From: Alphaproteobacteria bacterium
GTDB lineage: Bacteria > Pseudomonadota > Alphaproteobacteria > JAPULJ01
Length of the DNA stretch: 64,000 bases
Direction: 5' to 3'
Assembly (NCBI GenBank): GCA_037387885.1
Contig: JARRKQ010000001.1
Coordinates: forward strand, 491 to 64,490
Part shown: piece by piece, positions 1 through 9,101 of the stretch
Layout: each line of letters begins with the position of its first letter
Numbering within the stretch: position 1 is the stretch's first letter
Notes under the pieces: model-generated
Databases searched by the model: none
The model's input: the letters and a program-made list of their open reading frames with translations, nothing else
What the model was told of the DNA's origin: nothing
Translations under genes and position numbers: made by a program

Positions 1-1941
1 CGAAAGGCAGTTCGACTGCTCGACACAGTCGCCGCAGCCCTCGCAGACGTCCTGGTTGATGAAGATGCGCTTGTCGGGATCGGGGAAGGTGCCGCGCTTC
101 CTGCGGCGGCGCTTTTCGGCGGCGCAGGTCTGGTCGTAGATGAGCGCGGAGACGCCCGGCCAGTCGCGCAATTCGCGCTGCACCTCGTCGAGGTCGCGGC
201 GGTGATGGAAGGTGACGCCCGGCGCGAAGTTGGAGCCGATCGGATACTTGTCGGGCTCGTCGGAGACGACGGCGATGCGATCAACGCCCTCATCGGCGAC
301 CTGGCGCGAGATCATCGGCACGGAAAGCGGGCCGTCGACCGGCTGTCCGCCGGTCATGGCGACGGCGTCGTTGAAGAGGATCTTGTAGGTGATGTTGACG
401 CCGGCCGCCTTGGCCGCGCGGATCGCCATCAGGCCGGAATGGTAGTAGGTGCCGTCGCCGAGCGACTGGAAGACATGGTTGGTCGTGGTGTGCGGCGCCT
501 GGCCGATCCAGGTCGCACCCTCGCCGCCCATATGGGTCCAGCCGTAAACGTCGCGGTCCATCCAGACGGCCATGAAGTGGCAGCCGACGCCGCCGACCGC
601 GCGGCTGCCCTCGGGCACGCGCGTTGAGGTGTTGTGCGGACAGCCGGAGCAGAAATAGGGCGTACGGGCGACGATCGCCTCCGAGCCCTTGTGTCCGCCG
701 ATGCTGTCGAGGAACGCCATGCGTTCCTTGAGCGCGCTGTCGTCGCCGTGCATCGCCAGCAGGCGTTTGCCGATGGCGCGGGCAAGCTGCTCGGGTGTGT
801 GCGTGCCGTAAGGCGGCAGCAGCTCGGCGCCCGTCTCGTCGGTCTTGCCGATGATGCGCGGGGATTTCTCGCGGCTGTTGTAGAGCAGCTCCTTCATCTG
901 GGTTTCGATGAAGGCGCGCTTCTCCTCGATGACGAAGACCTCCTCGAGCCCCTTCGCCAGGGTCTGCGCGATGTTGGGCTCGAGCGGCCAGATCATGCCG
1001 AGCTTGAGGAGCCGGATGCCGAGGGCCTCGGCGCGCTTCTCGTCGATCCCGAGAATGCGGAGCGCGCGGCGCACGTCGAGATAGCTCTTGCCGGCGGCGA
1101 CGATGCCCAGGCGCGCCTTGGGCGCGTCGAGCACGATCCTGTTGAGCCCGTTGGCGCGGGCATAGGCCTTGGCGGCCTCGAGCTTGTATTTGTACTGACG
1201 CGTCTCGGCCGGGATGGCCATCTCGCCGACGCGGGTGCTCATGCCGCCCTCGGGGATTTCCAGATCGCGGGGGCGGATGATCTTCGGCTCGTCGGGGTCG
1301 AGGGTGAGCGTGCCCGAGGCCTCGACCGTGTCGGCCTCGGTCTTGTAGCCGACCCAGAGGCCGGAGGTGCGCGAGAGCCCGAAGCCGAGCAGGCCCATTT
1401 CGATGAATTCGGTCATGCCCGCCGGATAGATCACCGGCATCAGCGCATCCATGAAGCTGAACTCGCTGGGCAGCGCGAAGGCCGAGGAGGTGGCGCCGTG
1501 GTCGTCGCCGACGATGGCGAGCACGCCGCCCTTCTCGAAGGCGCCGGCCTGGTTGCCGTGCTTGATCGCGTCCATCGAGCGGGCGAGGCCGGGGCCCTTG
1601 CCATACCAGATACCGAAGACGCCGTCATACTTCGCGCCGGGGAAGAGGTTGACCTCCTGCGTGCCCCAGATCGAGGTGGCAGCGAGGTCTTCGTTCACCC
1701 CTGGCAGGAAGGTGATGTTGTGCTGCTTCAGCAGCGCTTTCACGCGCCAGAGCTCCATGTCGTAGCGCCCGACGGGTGAGCCGCGATAGCCGGAGATGAA
1801 GCCGGCGGTGTTCAAGCCCGCCGCGGCGTCGCGTTTGTGCTGTTCGATTGGCAGGCGGACGAGCGCCTGCAGGCCGGACATGAAAACCTGACCGCGTTCG
1901 GCCAGATACTTGTCGTCGAGGGTGACAACATTCGACGTCAT
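1..1941 (-). CDS. Indolepyruvate/2-oxoacid:ferredoxin oxidoreductase family protein (fused IorA/IorB type). N-terminal ~646 codons; the C-terminus runs off the window edge
   Basis: Minus-strand translation from ATG at 1939-1941, with GGAGG 6 nt upstream, reads MTSNVVTLDDKYLAERGQVFMSGLQALVRLPIEQHKRDAAAGLNTAGFISGYRGSP. That is the canonical IOR-family N-terminus. Near position 1 it reads ...DQTCAAEKRRRRKRGTFPDPDKRIFINQDVCEGCGDCVEQSNC, a ferredoxin-like Cys cluster. The gene is absent from the ORF track only because it is open at the window edge. The plus-strand ORFs 202..627 and 634..1779 are antisense artefacts. Confidence 0.8.
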   Translation of the reverse strand, partial: MTSNVVTLDDKYLAERGQVFMSGLQALVRLPIEQHKRDAAAGLNTAGFISGYRGSPVGRYDMELWRVKALLKQHNITFLPGVNEDLAATSIWGTQEVNLFPGAKYDGVFGIWYGKGPGLARSMDAIKHGNQAGAFEKGGVLAIVGDDHGATSSAFALPSEFSFMDALMPVIYPAGMTEFIEMGLLGFGLSRTSGLWVGYKTEADTVEASGTLTLDPDEPKIIRPRDLEIPEGGMSTRVGEMAIPAETRQYKYKLEAAKAYARANGLNRIVLDAPKARLGIVAAGKSYLDVRRALRILGIDEKRAEALGIRLLKLGMIWPLEPNIAQTLAKGLEEVFVIEEKRAFIETQMKELLYNSREKSPRIIGKTDETGAELLPPYGTHTPEQLARAIGKRLLAMHGDDSALKERMAFLDSIGGHKGSEAIVARTPYFCSGCPHNTSTRVPEGSRAVGGVGCHFMAVWMDRDVYGWTHMGGEGATWIGQAPHTTTNHVFQSLGDGTYYHSGLMAIRAAKAAGVNITYKILFNDAVAMTGGQPVDGPLSVPMISRQVADEGVDRIAVVSDEPDKYPIGSNFAPGVTFHHRRDLDEVQRELRDWPGVSALIYDQTCAAEKRRRRKRGTFPDPDKRIFINQDVCEGCGDCVEQSNCLS

Positions 1942-2031
1942 ACGTTACCTCCGAGGGTCTTGCGGCCTCGTCGCAAGAGGCCTGGCCGGAAGCGCGCGAC
2001 GCACTCGGTCAAGCGGCGGACCGTCCGGCCG

Positions 2032-3225
2032 TCATGCTGATATCCCGGTCTCGCGAAGGTGCTTGCACTCGGCCTCCGAGAAACCGGCTTCCATTAGGAT
2101 CTTGTCCGTATGCTCGCCGTATTTGGGCGGAAAGGCAATGTCGCGTTTTGCATAGGGCATATCCACCGCCATGGGTTGCATGCGGATTTCCTTGCCGTCC
2201 GGCAGATGCGTGCGGGTGAGCTTCGATGCAATCGCCGGCATCTCGCGCGCCTGCGGCACGGTGTTGATGCGTGCGTTGGGAATGCCCGCGGCGGCGAATT
2301 CGGCCTCGACCTCGTCGGTCGTGCCGGTCGATGTCGCGTCGCCCAGCTCCTTGTAGATCGCGTGGCGGTCGGCATAGCGCTCGTCGTTGGTGGTGCGGTT
2401 GTCGCGCGCAAGGCCGGCAAAGCGCGGGATCGCGGTCAGGCGCCGCCACTGGGTGTTCGAGCCCATCGCCATGTAGATGAAGCCGTCGCTGGTCGGATAG
2501 ACATTGGTCGGGATGAACTTGCGGTGCGCGTTGCCCCAGCGCGAATACTCTTCGGGATCGGCGTCGAAGTCGATGAGCGGCAGGGTGGTGATGAGCCACG
2601 AGGCGGCGGCCTGCGTCATCGAGACGTCGATACGCTTGCCCTCGCCGGTCTCGGCCTGCTCCGCGAGGCCGAGCATCACGTTGGCGTAGACCTCGTCGCC
2701 GGCTTTGAGGTCGATGATCGGGATGCCCGAGAGCGTCGGCGGGCCGTCCGGAAACCCGGTGGTCTCCATGAAGCCGGTCTGCGCCTGGATCGCCGGATCG
2801 TAGCCGGGGGTCTTGGGATAGTCCGGGCCCATCGCCGAGATGCCGGCCCAGATGAGCTTCGGGTTGATCGCCGACAAGGTCTCGTAGTCGATGCCGAAGG
2901 GCTCGTAGCGGCCGGGCAGGGTGTTGCAGCAGAAGACATCGACCTCGAGCTCGCGCACGATCTTGTGCAGCGCTTCGCGGCCCTCTTCCGATTTGAGGTT
3001 GAGCGCGATCGCCTCTTTGCCGCAGTTGGGCGCGACGAAATAGGAGTGGCGGTCGTCGTCGAGGACCTTCGAGCCGATGTACCGGTTGGGGTCGCCCGGA
3101 TGCGCATCGCCGTCGAGCGGCGTCGACTCGAGCCGGATCACCCGCCAGCCAAGCTGCACGAAGCGCAGCGTCGCGTACGTCATGGAGAGCGCCTGCTCCA
3201 TGGAGAGGACGGTGCGGGGCTTCAT
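2032..3225 (-). CDS. Family III CoA-transferase (CaiB/BaiF type)
   Basis: 397-aa ORF. The block [70 protein letters not shown]...[54 protein letters not shown] matches the conserved core of family III CoA-transferases. The ATG is at 3223-3225. Confidence 0.85.
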   Translation of the reverse strand: MKPRTVLSMEQALSMTYATLRFVQLGWRVIRLESTPLDGDAHPGDPNRYIGSKVLDDDRHSYFVAPNCGKEAIALNLKSEEGREALHKIVRELEVDVFCCNTLPGRYEPFGIDYETLSAINPKLIWAGISAMGPDYPKTPGYDPAIQAQTGFMETTGFPDGPPTLSGIPIIDLKAGDEVYANVMLGLAEQAETGEGKRIDVSMTQAAASWLITTLPLIDFDADPEEYSRWGNAHRKFIPTNVYPTSDGFIYMAMGSNTQWRRLTAIPRFAGLARDNRTTNDERYADRHAIYKELGDATSTGTTDEVEAEFAAAGIPNARINTVPQAREMPAIASKLTRTHLPDGKEIRMQPMAVDMPYAKRDIAFPPKYGEHTDKILMEAGFSEAECKHLRETGISA

Positions 3226-3329
3226 GGGCGGACCTTAACCTGGATAAACATGAGACCCTCGTCCTTCGACAAGCTCAGGATGAGGCCCTCATGCCGAGCC
3301 TGTCGAAGCATGTGGGCCGGGATGACTTG

Positions 3330-5654
3330 TTACTCCGCCGCCTGGCGCATCCGCTGCTCGCGCTCGAAAAGGCCGCGGGCGAGCTTCTCGGGCGAGACAG
3401 GCGGGTGGTCGATGCGCACGCCGGTGGCGTTGTAGACGGCGTTGCCGACGGCCGGCGCGATCACGATGGTCGGAAGCTCGGCGATGCCCTTGGCGCCGGC
3501 GGGGCCTTCGGAGTCCATGGTCTCGATGAAGGTCATGTCGATGCGTGGCATCTCGGGCGCGGTGAAGAGGTGATAGTCGCGGAAGAACGGGTTCTTCACG
3601 ATGCCCTTCTCGATCTTCAGATCTTCGGAGAGGGCGTAGCCGAGACCCATGGCGATGCCGCCCTCGATCTGGCCCTCGAGGCCGGTGAGGTTGATGACGC
3701 GGCCGACATCCTGGACCGACCACACGGTCTCGACCTTCACTTCGCCGGTGAAGGTGTCGACGATCACCTCGGCGACGTGGACGGCGTTGGAGTACGCGGC
3801 CGACATGTCGCCCACATGGTTCTCGTCCTCCGATTCGGTCGGCGGCTCGTAGTAGTCGGACTGGATGACGAGCTGCGCGGCCTCGCCGGCGAAGTGCATC
3901 TGGCGGAGCAGCCGGTCGAGCGGCATCACCGCGACGCCGTCTTCTGCCTGCACGACATGGCCGCCGCGGAGATCGAGCGCGTCGGCGGAGACGTTCGACT
4001 GCTTGGCCGCCGCATCGAGGATCTGCGCCTTGGCCTTCTGGGCGGCGCGCTGGGCCGACTTGCCGGCGATATAGGTGGTGCGGCTGGCATGCACGCCGAC
4101 ATCCCAGGGCCCGGTCGCGGTGTCGTTGGCGACGATGGTGACGTCGCGCATCGGAATGCCGAGCTCCTCGGCCATGATCTGCGCGATCACCGTGTCGATG
4201 CCCTGGCCGATCTCGCTCGCGCCGGTGATCACGGTGATGCGGGCGTAGTCGTCCATCTTGATGATGGTGCCGCAGCCGTCGGATTTGTGGATCTTGGCGC
4301 CGCCGGCATTGTGCAGCGAGGCGGCGATACCGATGCCGCGCTTGTAGCGCTCGGGGCTGTCCCAGCCGTCCTTGTACTTGGCCCACTTCGCCAGGAAATC
4401 GGATTTCTCCGCCGCGGTGTTGAGGCAGCCGACGAGGTCGATGCAGCCGAGGTTCGAGCCCTGCGGCGTGATCTCGTCGGGCTCATTGGCGTTCTTCAGG
4501 CGGAACTCGATCGGGTTGAAGCCGCCGATCTCCGCCATCTTGTCCATATGCGTCTCGATCGCCCAGGTCGCCTGGACGTTGCCGTAGCCGCGGAAGGAGC
4601 CGGCGAAGGGGTTGTTCGTGTAGACCGCCTTGGCGCTGTAGTGGATGTGCGGCACCTTGTAGTGCGAGGTGATGGTCCGCATCGTGACGTAAGGCGTGGT
4701 CGCGCCCCACGAGGTGTAGCCGCCGTTATTGAGCAGCGTGTCGACCTCGCGAAACGTAAGCGTGCCGTCCTTCTTCATACCCGCCTTGATCTTGAACTCG
4801 ACCGGCTGGCGGGTCGGCGAGGCGATAAACTCCTCCTCGCGGCTGAAGATGACCTTGACCGGGCGGCGGGTTGCCTTGGCGAGCAGCACGCAGATCGGCT
4901 CGTAGGGATAGACGTCGAGCTTGGAGCCGAAGGCCCCGCCGACGGGCGGCTGGACGATGCGCACGTCGCCCGGATGCATGCCGAGCGAGGGGGCGATGTC
5001 CATCTTCATGATGAAGGGATACTGCGACTGCGAGTAGAGCGTGACGCGGCCGTCGGGGTCGATGTCGGCGACGGCGCAGGACACGCCCATGTTGCAGTGG
5101 GTGACGTAGTGGACGTTGTAGTCGCCCTCGACGATGAAGTCGCTCTCGGCCTTGCCCTGCTCGATATCGCCGTGGTCGAAGTGCTGCGCCATGGCGATGT
5201 TGTCGGGCCGCTCCTCGTGGATCACCGGGGCGCCGTCCTTGAGCGCGTCCTCGCATTCGAAGACGGTCGGCAGATCCTCGTATTCGACCGTAATGAGTCG
5301 CAGCGCCTCGTCGCAGGCTTCCTCGCTCTCGGCGGCGACGGCGGCGATCTCGTCGCGGATGCAGCGCACCCGGTCCTTCTTGAGCGGCGGGTTGTCCTTC
5401 AGGACGCCGATGCCGAAATCAGGCGTGTCCGCGCCGGTCAGCACGGCGTGCACGCCGGGGACCGCTTTGGCCTTTTCGGTGTCGATCCGCAGGATCTTGG
5501 CGTGCACCCGATCGGTGCGCAGGATCTTGCCGTAGAGCATGCGCGGCAGGACCATGTCGTTCACGTAGCGCGTGCGGCCGGTCGTCTTGTCGGGCGCGTC
5601 CATCTTGCGCACGCGCTTGCCGATGATGGTGTCCTTCTCGATGATCTTGGTCAT
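3330..5654 (-). CDS. Xanthine dehydrogenase / aldehyde oxidase family molybdopterin-binding large subunit
   Basis: 774-aa ORF (MTKIIEKDTIIGKRVRKMDAPDKTTGRTRYVNDMVLPRMLYGKILRTDRVHAKI...). It is the same architecture as CoxL/XdhB-type Mo-hydroxylase large subunits. Genes for the 2Fe-2S and FAD subunits lie immediately upstream in the same operon. Confidence 0.85.
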   Translation of the reverse strand: MTKIIEKDTIIGKRVRKMDAPDKTTGRTRYVNDMVLPRMLYGKILRTDRVHAKILRIDTEKAKAVPGVHAVLTGADTPDFGIGVLKDNPPLKKDRVRCIRDEIAAVAAESEEACDEALRLITVEYEDLPTVFECEDALKDGAPVIHEERPDNIAMAQHFDHGDIEQGKAESDFIVEGDYNVHYVTHCNMGVSCAVADIDPDGRVTLYSQSQYPFIMKMDIAPSLGMHPGDVRIVQPPVGGAFGSKLDVYPYEPICVLLAKATRRPVKVIFSREEEFIASPTRQPVEFKIKAGMKKDGTLTFREVDTLLNNGGYTSWGATTPYVTMRTITSHYKVPHIHYSAKAVYTNNPFAGSFRGYGNVQATWAIETHMDKMAEIGGFNPIEFRLKNANEPDEITPQGSNLGCIDLVGCLNTAAEKSDFLAKWAKYKDGWDSPERYKRGIGIAASLHNAGGAKIHKSDGCGTIIKMDDYARITVITGASEIGQGIDTVIAQIMAEELGIPMRDVTIVANDTATGPWDVGVHASRTTYIAGKSAQRAAQKAKAQILDAAAKQSNVSADALDLRGGHVVQAEDGVAVMPLDRLLRQMHFAGEAAQLVIQSDYYEPPTESEDENHVGDMSAAYSNAVHVAEVIVDTFTGEVKVETVWSVQDVGRVINLTGLEGQIEGGIAMGLGYALSEDLKIEKGIVKNPFFRDYHLFTAPEMPRIDMTFIETMDSEGPAGAKGIAELPTIVIAPAVGNAVYNATGVRIDHPPVSPEKLARGLFEREQRMRQAAE

Positions 5655-5688
5655 GGAGCGGGTTCCCTAGCGCATGAGGTCGATTGAT

Positions 5689-6165
5689 TCAGGCGGTGGC
5701 CGTTCGCCCGGCGGCGATGACGGCGTCGATGATCTTCTTGTAGCCGGTGCAGCGGCAGACATTGCCTTCGAGGCCGCGCCGGATCTCGTCTTCCGACATG
5801 TTCGGATTGCGGTCGAGCAGATAGCGGATCTGCATGATCATGCCGGGCGTGCAAAAGCCGCACTGCACCGCGCCATGCTCGATGAAGGCGTCCTGCACGG
5901 GATCGATGCCGGCGTCGGTCCACAGGCCTTCGACCGTGAGCACCTCGCGGCCCTCGAGATCGACCGCGGGCATGAGGCAGGAATTGAGCGACTGGCCGTC
6001 CACGATCACGGTGCAGGCGCCGCATTCGCCCTCGCCGCAGGCGAGCTTGGCGCCGGCGAGGTCGAGGCGCTCGCGCAGGATCGTCAGCGCCGAGGCGCCG
6101 ACCGGAACGCCGACGCGGGTCGTCCGGCCGTTCAGTGTGAAAGTAACGTCAACCTGAAGCGGCAT
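5689..6165 (-). CDS. (2Fe-2S)-binding small subunit of the molybdenum hydroxylase
   Basis: It carries the two cluster motifs CGEGECGACTV and CGFCTPGMIMQ...CRCTGY. The likely start is MPLQVDVTFTLNG at 6165, and the long upstream extension in the ORF track is probably not translated. It overlaps the stop of the FAD subunit gene by 17 nt. Confidence 0.85.
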   Translation of the reverse strand: MPLQVDVTFTLNGRTTRVGVPVGASALTILRERLDLAGAKLACGEGECGACTVIVDGQSLNSCLMPAVDLEGREVLTVEGLWTDAGIDPVQDAFIEHGAVQCGFCTPGMIMQIRYLLDRNPNMSEDEIRRGLEGNVCRCTGYKKIIDAVIAAGRTATA

Positions 6166-7039
6166 GTCCGAGCTCCTGCATGAGATAGGCGCGTGCGAGG
6201 CGGCGGCGGTACCAGGCCGAGCCGCGATGGTCGTCGATCGGCGCGATCTCGGCGTCGAGCGCCTCGGCGGCGGTGTCAATTAAGGCATCATCGATGCTCT
6301 TGCCCTCCAGCGCGGCCTCGGTCTTGCGGGCGCGGATCGGCGTGGGCGCCACGGCCCCCAGCGCGAGCCGCACGTCGCGCAACGTTCCACCCTCGACATA
6401 GGCAGCGAAACCGAGCGAAACCAGGGCGATTTCGAGCGCCGGCCGCGGGCCGGTCTTGGCGAAGCCGCCATAAAAATTCTTGCCGGGAACCGCGAATTCG
6501 ACGCCGGTGATGAGCTCCTCCGGTGCGATCACGGTCTTGCCAGGGCCGGCGAAGACCTCGTTTATCGGCACGGTGCGCGTCTTGACCTTGCCGGCCTTCA
6601 TGGAGGCGAGCGAGACCTCGGCATCGAGGCAGAGCAGGGGGATCACGAAGTCGGCCGCGGGCGAGGCGTTGGCGATATTGCCGCCGACGGTCGCCGCATT
6701 GCGAATTTGTACGCTTGCGAACTTATCGGCCGCAGCTCGAAGCAGCGGGACTTTCTTGGCCAAATCCTTGTGCTCGAGCACCTGCGTCATGGTGACGAGC
6801 GCGCCGAGACGGATGCGGCCCGCCTTCACCTCGATGCCCGCAAGCTCGGGGACGTTCTTAATGTTGACGAGGCGCTTGCCGACCGCGCGGCCCGGCTCGT
6901 CCTTCTGGACCCAGAGGTCGGTGCCGCCGGCAACGCAGGTCGCGGCGCCATCCGCCAACGCGTCGAGCGCTTCGTCGAGCGAGCGGGGCGCAGCGTATTC
7001 CTCGATCGCCGGCGGTTGTTGGAGCTGGGGAAGGGTCAT
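6149..7039 (-). CDS. FAD-binding subunit of the molybdenum hydroxylase (CoxM/XdhA-like)
   Basis: 296 aa with a FAD-binding PCMH-type domain (AGGTDLWVQ...TVGGNIANASPAAD). At this length it lacks the Cys-rich insertion seen in 4-hydroxybenzoyl-CoA reductase HcrB. Confidence 0.85.
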   Translation of the reverse strand: MTLPQLQQPPAIEEYAAPRSLDEALDALADGAATCVAGGTDLWVQKDEPGRAVGKRLVNIKNVPELAGIEVKAGRIRLGALVTMTQVLEHKDLAKKVPLLRAAADKFASVQIRNAATVGGNIANASPAADFVIPLLCLDAEVSLASMKAGKVKTRTVPINEVFAGPGKTVIAPEELITGVEFAVPGKNFYGGFAKTGPRPALEIALVSLGFAAYVEGGTLRDVRLALGAVAPTPIRARKTEAALEGKSIDDALIDTAAEALDAEIAPIDDHRGSAWYRRRLARAYLMQELGHAASG

Positions 7040-7066
7040 TGCGGTCCTTTGTCTCTTTACGCGTGC

Positions 7067-8692
7067 CTAGAACCGCATCGGTTCCTGATAGCGGCCGAAC
7101 GCTTCCGTCAGCACGGCGGTGATCTCGCCGACCGAGGCGTAAGCCTTCACCGCATCCATGATCGCGGGCATCGTGTTGGCGTCGCCCTCGGCGGCGGCCT
7201 TAAGGTCGGCCAGCGCCTTGTCGACGGCGGCCTGGTCGCGGGTGGCCTTGACGTCGTTGAGGCGGCCGATCTGCCGGTCGGTGTCTTCCTTCTTGTAAGG
7301 ATGCATCTCGACCTCGGGCTCGTCCTCCTCGATCTCGTAGCAGTTGACGCCGACCTTGCGGTATTCGCCGGTCTCGAGGTCCTTCTGGTGCTCGTAAGCC
7401 TGCTTGGAGACGTGGGCCTGGATCTCGCCGTCGGCGATCATCTTGACGATGCCGCCCTTGTCGTCGAGCTCCTTCATGATGCGGACCATCTCGGCTTCCA
7501 TCTGGTTCGTCAGCGTCTCGACGTAGTAGGAGCCGGCGAGGGGGTCGACCGTATCGGTCATCCCCATCTCCTCGATCAGGAGCTGCATGGTGCGCAGCGA
7601 GATGCGCTGCGCCTTTTCCGACGGGATCGTGTACGCCTCGTCGTAGCAGCAGAGCGCGATGGTCTGCGCGCCGGAGAGCACGCAGCCGAGCGCATAGTAG
7701 GCGCCGCGCATGATGTTGTTCTCCGGCTGCTCGATGGTGAGGCCCGCGCCGCCGCCGCCGGCGATCATGCGCAGCCACATCGATTTGGGGTTCTTGGCGC
7801 CGTACTTGTTCTTGACGATCTTGGCCCAGAGGCGGCGGCCCGCGCGGAACTTGCAGACCTGCTCGAAGAACTGGCCGAAGATGTTGTAGTTGAACGACAT
7901 CCGGTAGGCGAACTCGTCGATGTCGAGCCCGCGCTTCAGCACCTCGTCGAAGTATGCGCTGGCGATGGCGAAGCCGTAGGCCATCTCTTCCGTCGGCGTC
8001 GCGCCCGATTCGCGGATGTGATAGCCGCAGACCGAGACGGGCGAGTAGAGCGGCGCGTGCTTGGCGCAATACTCCATCGTGTCGGCGACGAGGCGCACCG
8101 AGGGCTCGACCGGATAGATCCATGTGCCGCGGCCGACGAACTCTTTCAGAATGTCGTTCTGGCAGGTGCCGCGGAGCTTCGAAAGATCGAAGCCGCGTTT
8201 CTCGGCCATCGCCAGATACATCGCGATCATGATCGCGGCGGTGCCGTTGATGGTGAGCGAGACGGTGATGTTCTCGATGTCGATACCGTCGAAGGCGATC
8301 TCGACGTCTTTCAGCGTGTCGATCGCCATGCCGACGCGGCCGACCTCGCCGCCGGCCATCGGATCGTCGCTGTCATAGCCGCACTGGGTCGGCAGGTCGA
8401 AGGCGACGTTGAGGCCTGTATTGCCGGTCTCGATCAGATATTTGAAGCGCTTGTTCGTGTCCTCGGCGTTGCCAAAGCCCGTGTACTGGCGCATCGTCCA
8501 TGGCCGCTTGCGGTACATCATGTCGTGGATGCCGCGCGTGAACGGGTATTCGCCCGGCTTGCCGATTCCGTCGGGCGCCCCTTCATCGGGCAAGCGGGTC
8601 GCCTCCACGTCCTCTTCGGTATAGATCGGCTTGATCTCGATGCCCGACTCGTTGCGGCGGGTATCGGCGTCCGGTTTACGCTGCACGTTCAA
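7067..8692 (-). CDS. Methylmalonyl-CoA-mutase-family acyl-CoA mutase, large catalytic subunit (split form, no fused B12 domain)
   Basis: 541 aa. Conserved blocks PFTRGIHDMMYRKRPWTMRQYTGFGNAED and GLNVAFDLPTQCGYDSDD, then TCQNDILKEFVGRGTWIYPVEPSVR and GYHIRESGA. The substrate-contact positions are Tyr (RQYTGF) and Arg (FVGRGTW), as in methylmalonyl-CoA mutase, not the Phe/Gln pair of isobutyryl-CoA mutase. The start is a TTG at 8690-8692 with AAGGAG 7 nt upstream. Confidence 0.85.
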   Translation of the reverse strand: MNVQRKPDADTRRNESGIEIKPIYTEEDVEATRLPDEGAPDGIGKPGEYPFTRGIHDMMYRKRPWTMRQYTGFGNAEDTNKRFKYLIETGNTGLNVAFDLPTQCGYDSDDPMAGGEVGRVGMAIDTLKDVEIAFDGIDIENITVSLTINGTAAIMIAMYLAMAEKRGFDLSKLRGTCQNDILKEFVGRGTWIYPVEPSVRLVADTMEYCAKHAPLYSPVSVCGYHIRESGATPTEEMAYGFAIASAYFDEVLKRGLDIDEFAYRMSFNYNIFGQFFEQVCKFRAGRRLWAKIVKNKYGAKNPKSMWLRMIAGGGGAGLTIEQPENNIMRGAYYALGCVLSGAQTIALCCYDEAYTIPSEKAQRISLRTMQLLIEEMGMTDTVDPLAGSYYVETLTNQMEAEMVRIMKELDDKGGIVKMIADGEIQAHVSKQAYEHQKDLETGEYRKVGVNCYEIEEDEPEVEMHPYKKEDTDRQIGRLNDVKATRDQAAVDKALADLKAAAEGDANTMPAIMDAVKAYASVGEITAVLTEAFGRYQEPMRF

Positions 8693-9083
8693 GGGTCTTC
8701 TCCTTGATGAAATCGACGATTTCGTTGAGCTTCGAGCCGGTGTTGAACACCGCGTCGAGCCCGATCTTGCGCAAGGCCTCGTGGTCCTCGCGGGGCACGT
8801 TGCCGCCGATCACCCAGAGGCGGTCGTCGAGCCCGTATTCCTTCAGCAGTTCGGCAATGCGCTCGCAGATCGGAATATGCGAGCCGGAGAGGATGGAGAG
8901 CGCGATCACGTCGACATCCTCGTCGCGGGCGGCGTTGGCGATCATCTCCGGGCTCTGGCGTAGGCCCGTATAGATGACCTCGAAGCCGGCATCGACCAGC
9001 GCGCGCACCACGATCTTGGCCCCGACGTCATGGCCGTCGAGGCCGGGCTTGGCGACCAGGATGCGGACTTTCTTGTCAGCCAT
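8676..9083 (-). CDS. Cobalamin-binding small subunit of the split acyl-CoA mutase
   Basis: 135 aa (MADKKVRILVAKPGLDGHDVGAKIVVRALVDAGFEVIYTGLRQSPEMIANAA...). It has a DxHxxG-type B12-binding motif (GLDGHDVG). Its 3' end overlaps the start of the large subunit gene by 17 nt. Confidence 0.85.
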   Translation of the reverse strand: MADKKVRILVAKPGLDGHDVGAKIVVRALVDAGFEVIYTGLRQSPEMIANAARDEDVDVIALSILSGSHIPICERIAELLKEYGLDDRLWVIGGNVPREDHEALRKIGLDAVFNTGSKLNEIVDFIKEKTLERAA

Positions 9084-9101
9084 CGTGCTGCGCTCCGATA
9101 T

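Noticed and set aside
202-1779. Plus-strand ORFs 202..627 and 634..1779 at the start of the window
   Set aside because: They are antisense to the IOR-family gene. Their translations are Ala/Arg/Gly-rich with no motifs, and the minus-strand frame gives a recognisable IOR N-terminus with a ribosome-binding site.
5689-7039. The idea that the Mo-enzyme is 4-hydroxybenzoyl-CoA reductase
   Set aside because: The FAD subunit is 296 aa and lacks the Cys-rich insertion that binds the extra [4Fe-4S] cluster in HcrB. A generic xanthine-dehydrogenase-family hydroxylase is the safer call.
7067-8692. Isobutyryl-CoA mutase (IcmA) as the identity of the split mutase
   Set aside because: The substrate-specificity positions are Tyr and Arg, which is MCM-like, rather than the Phe/Gln of ICM.
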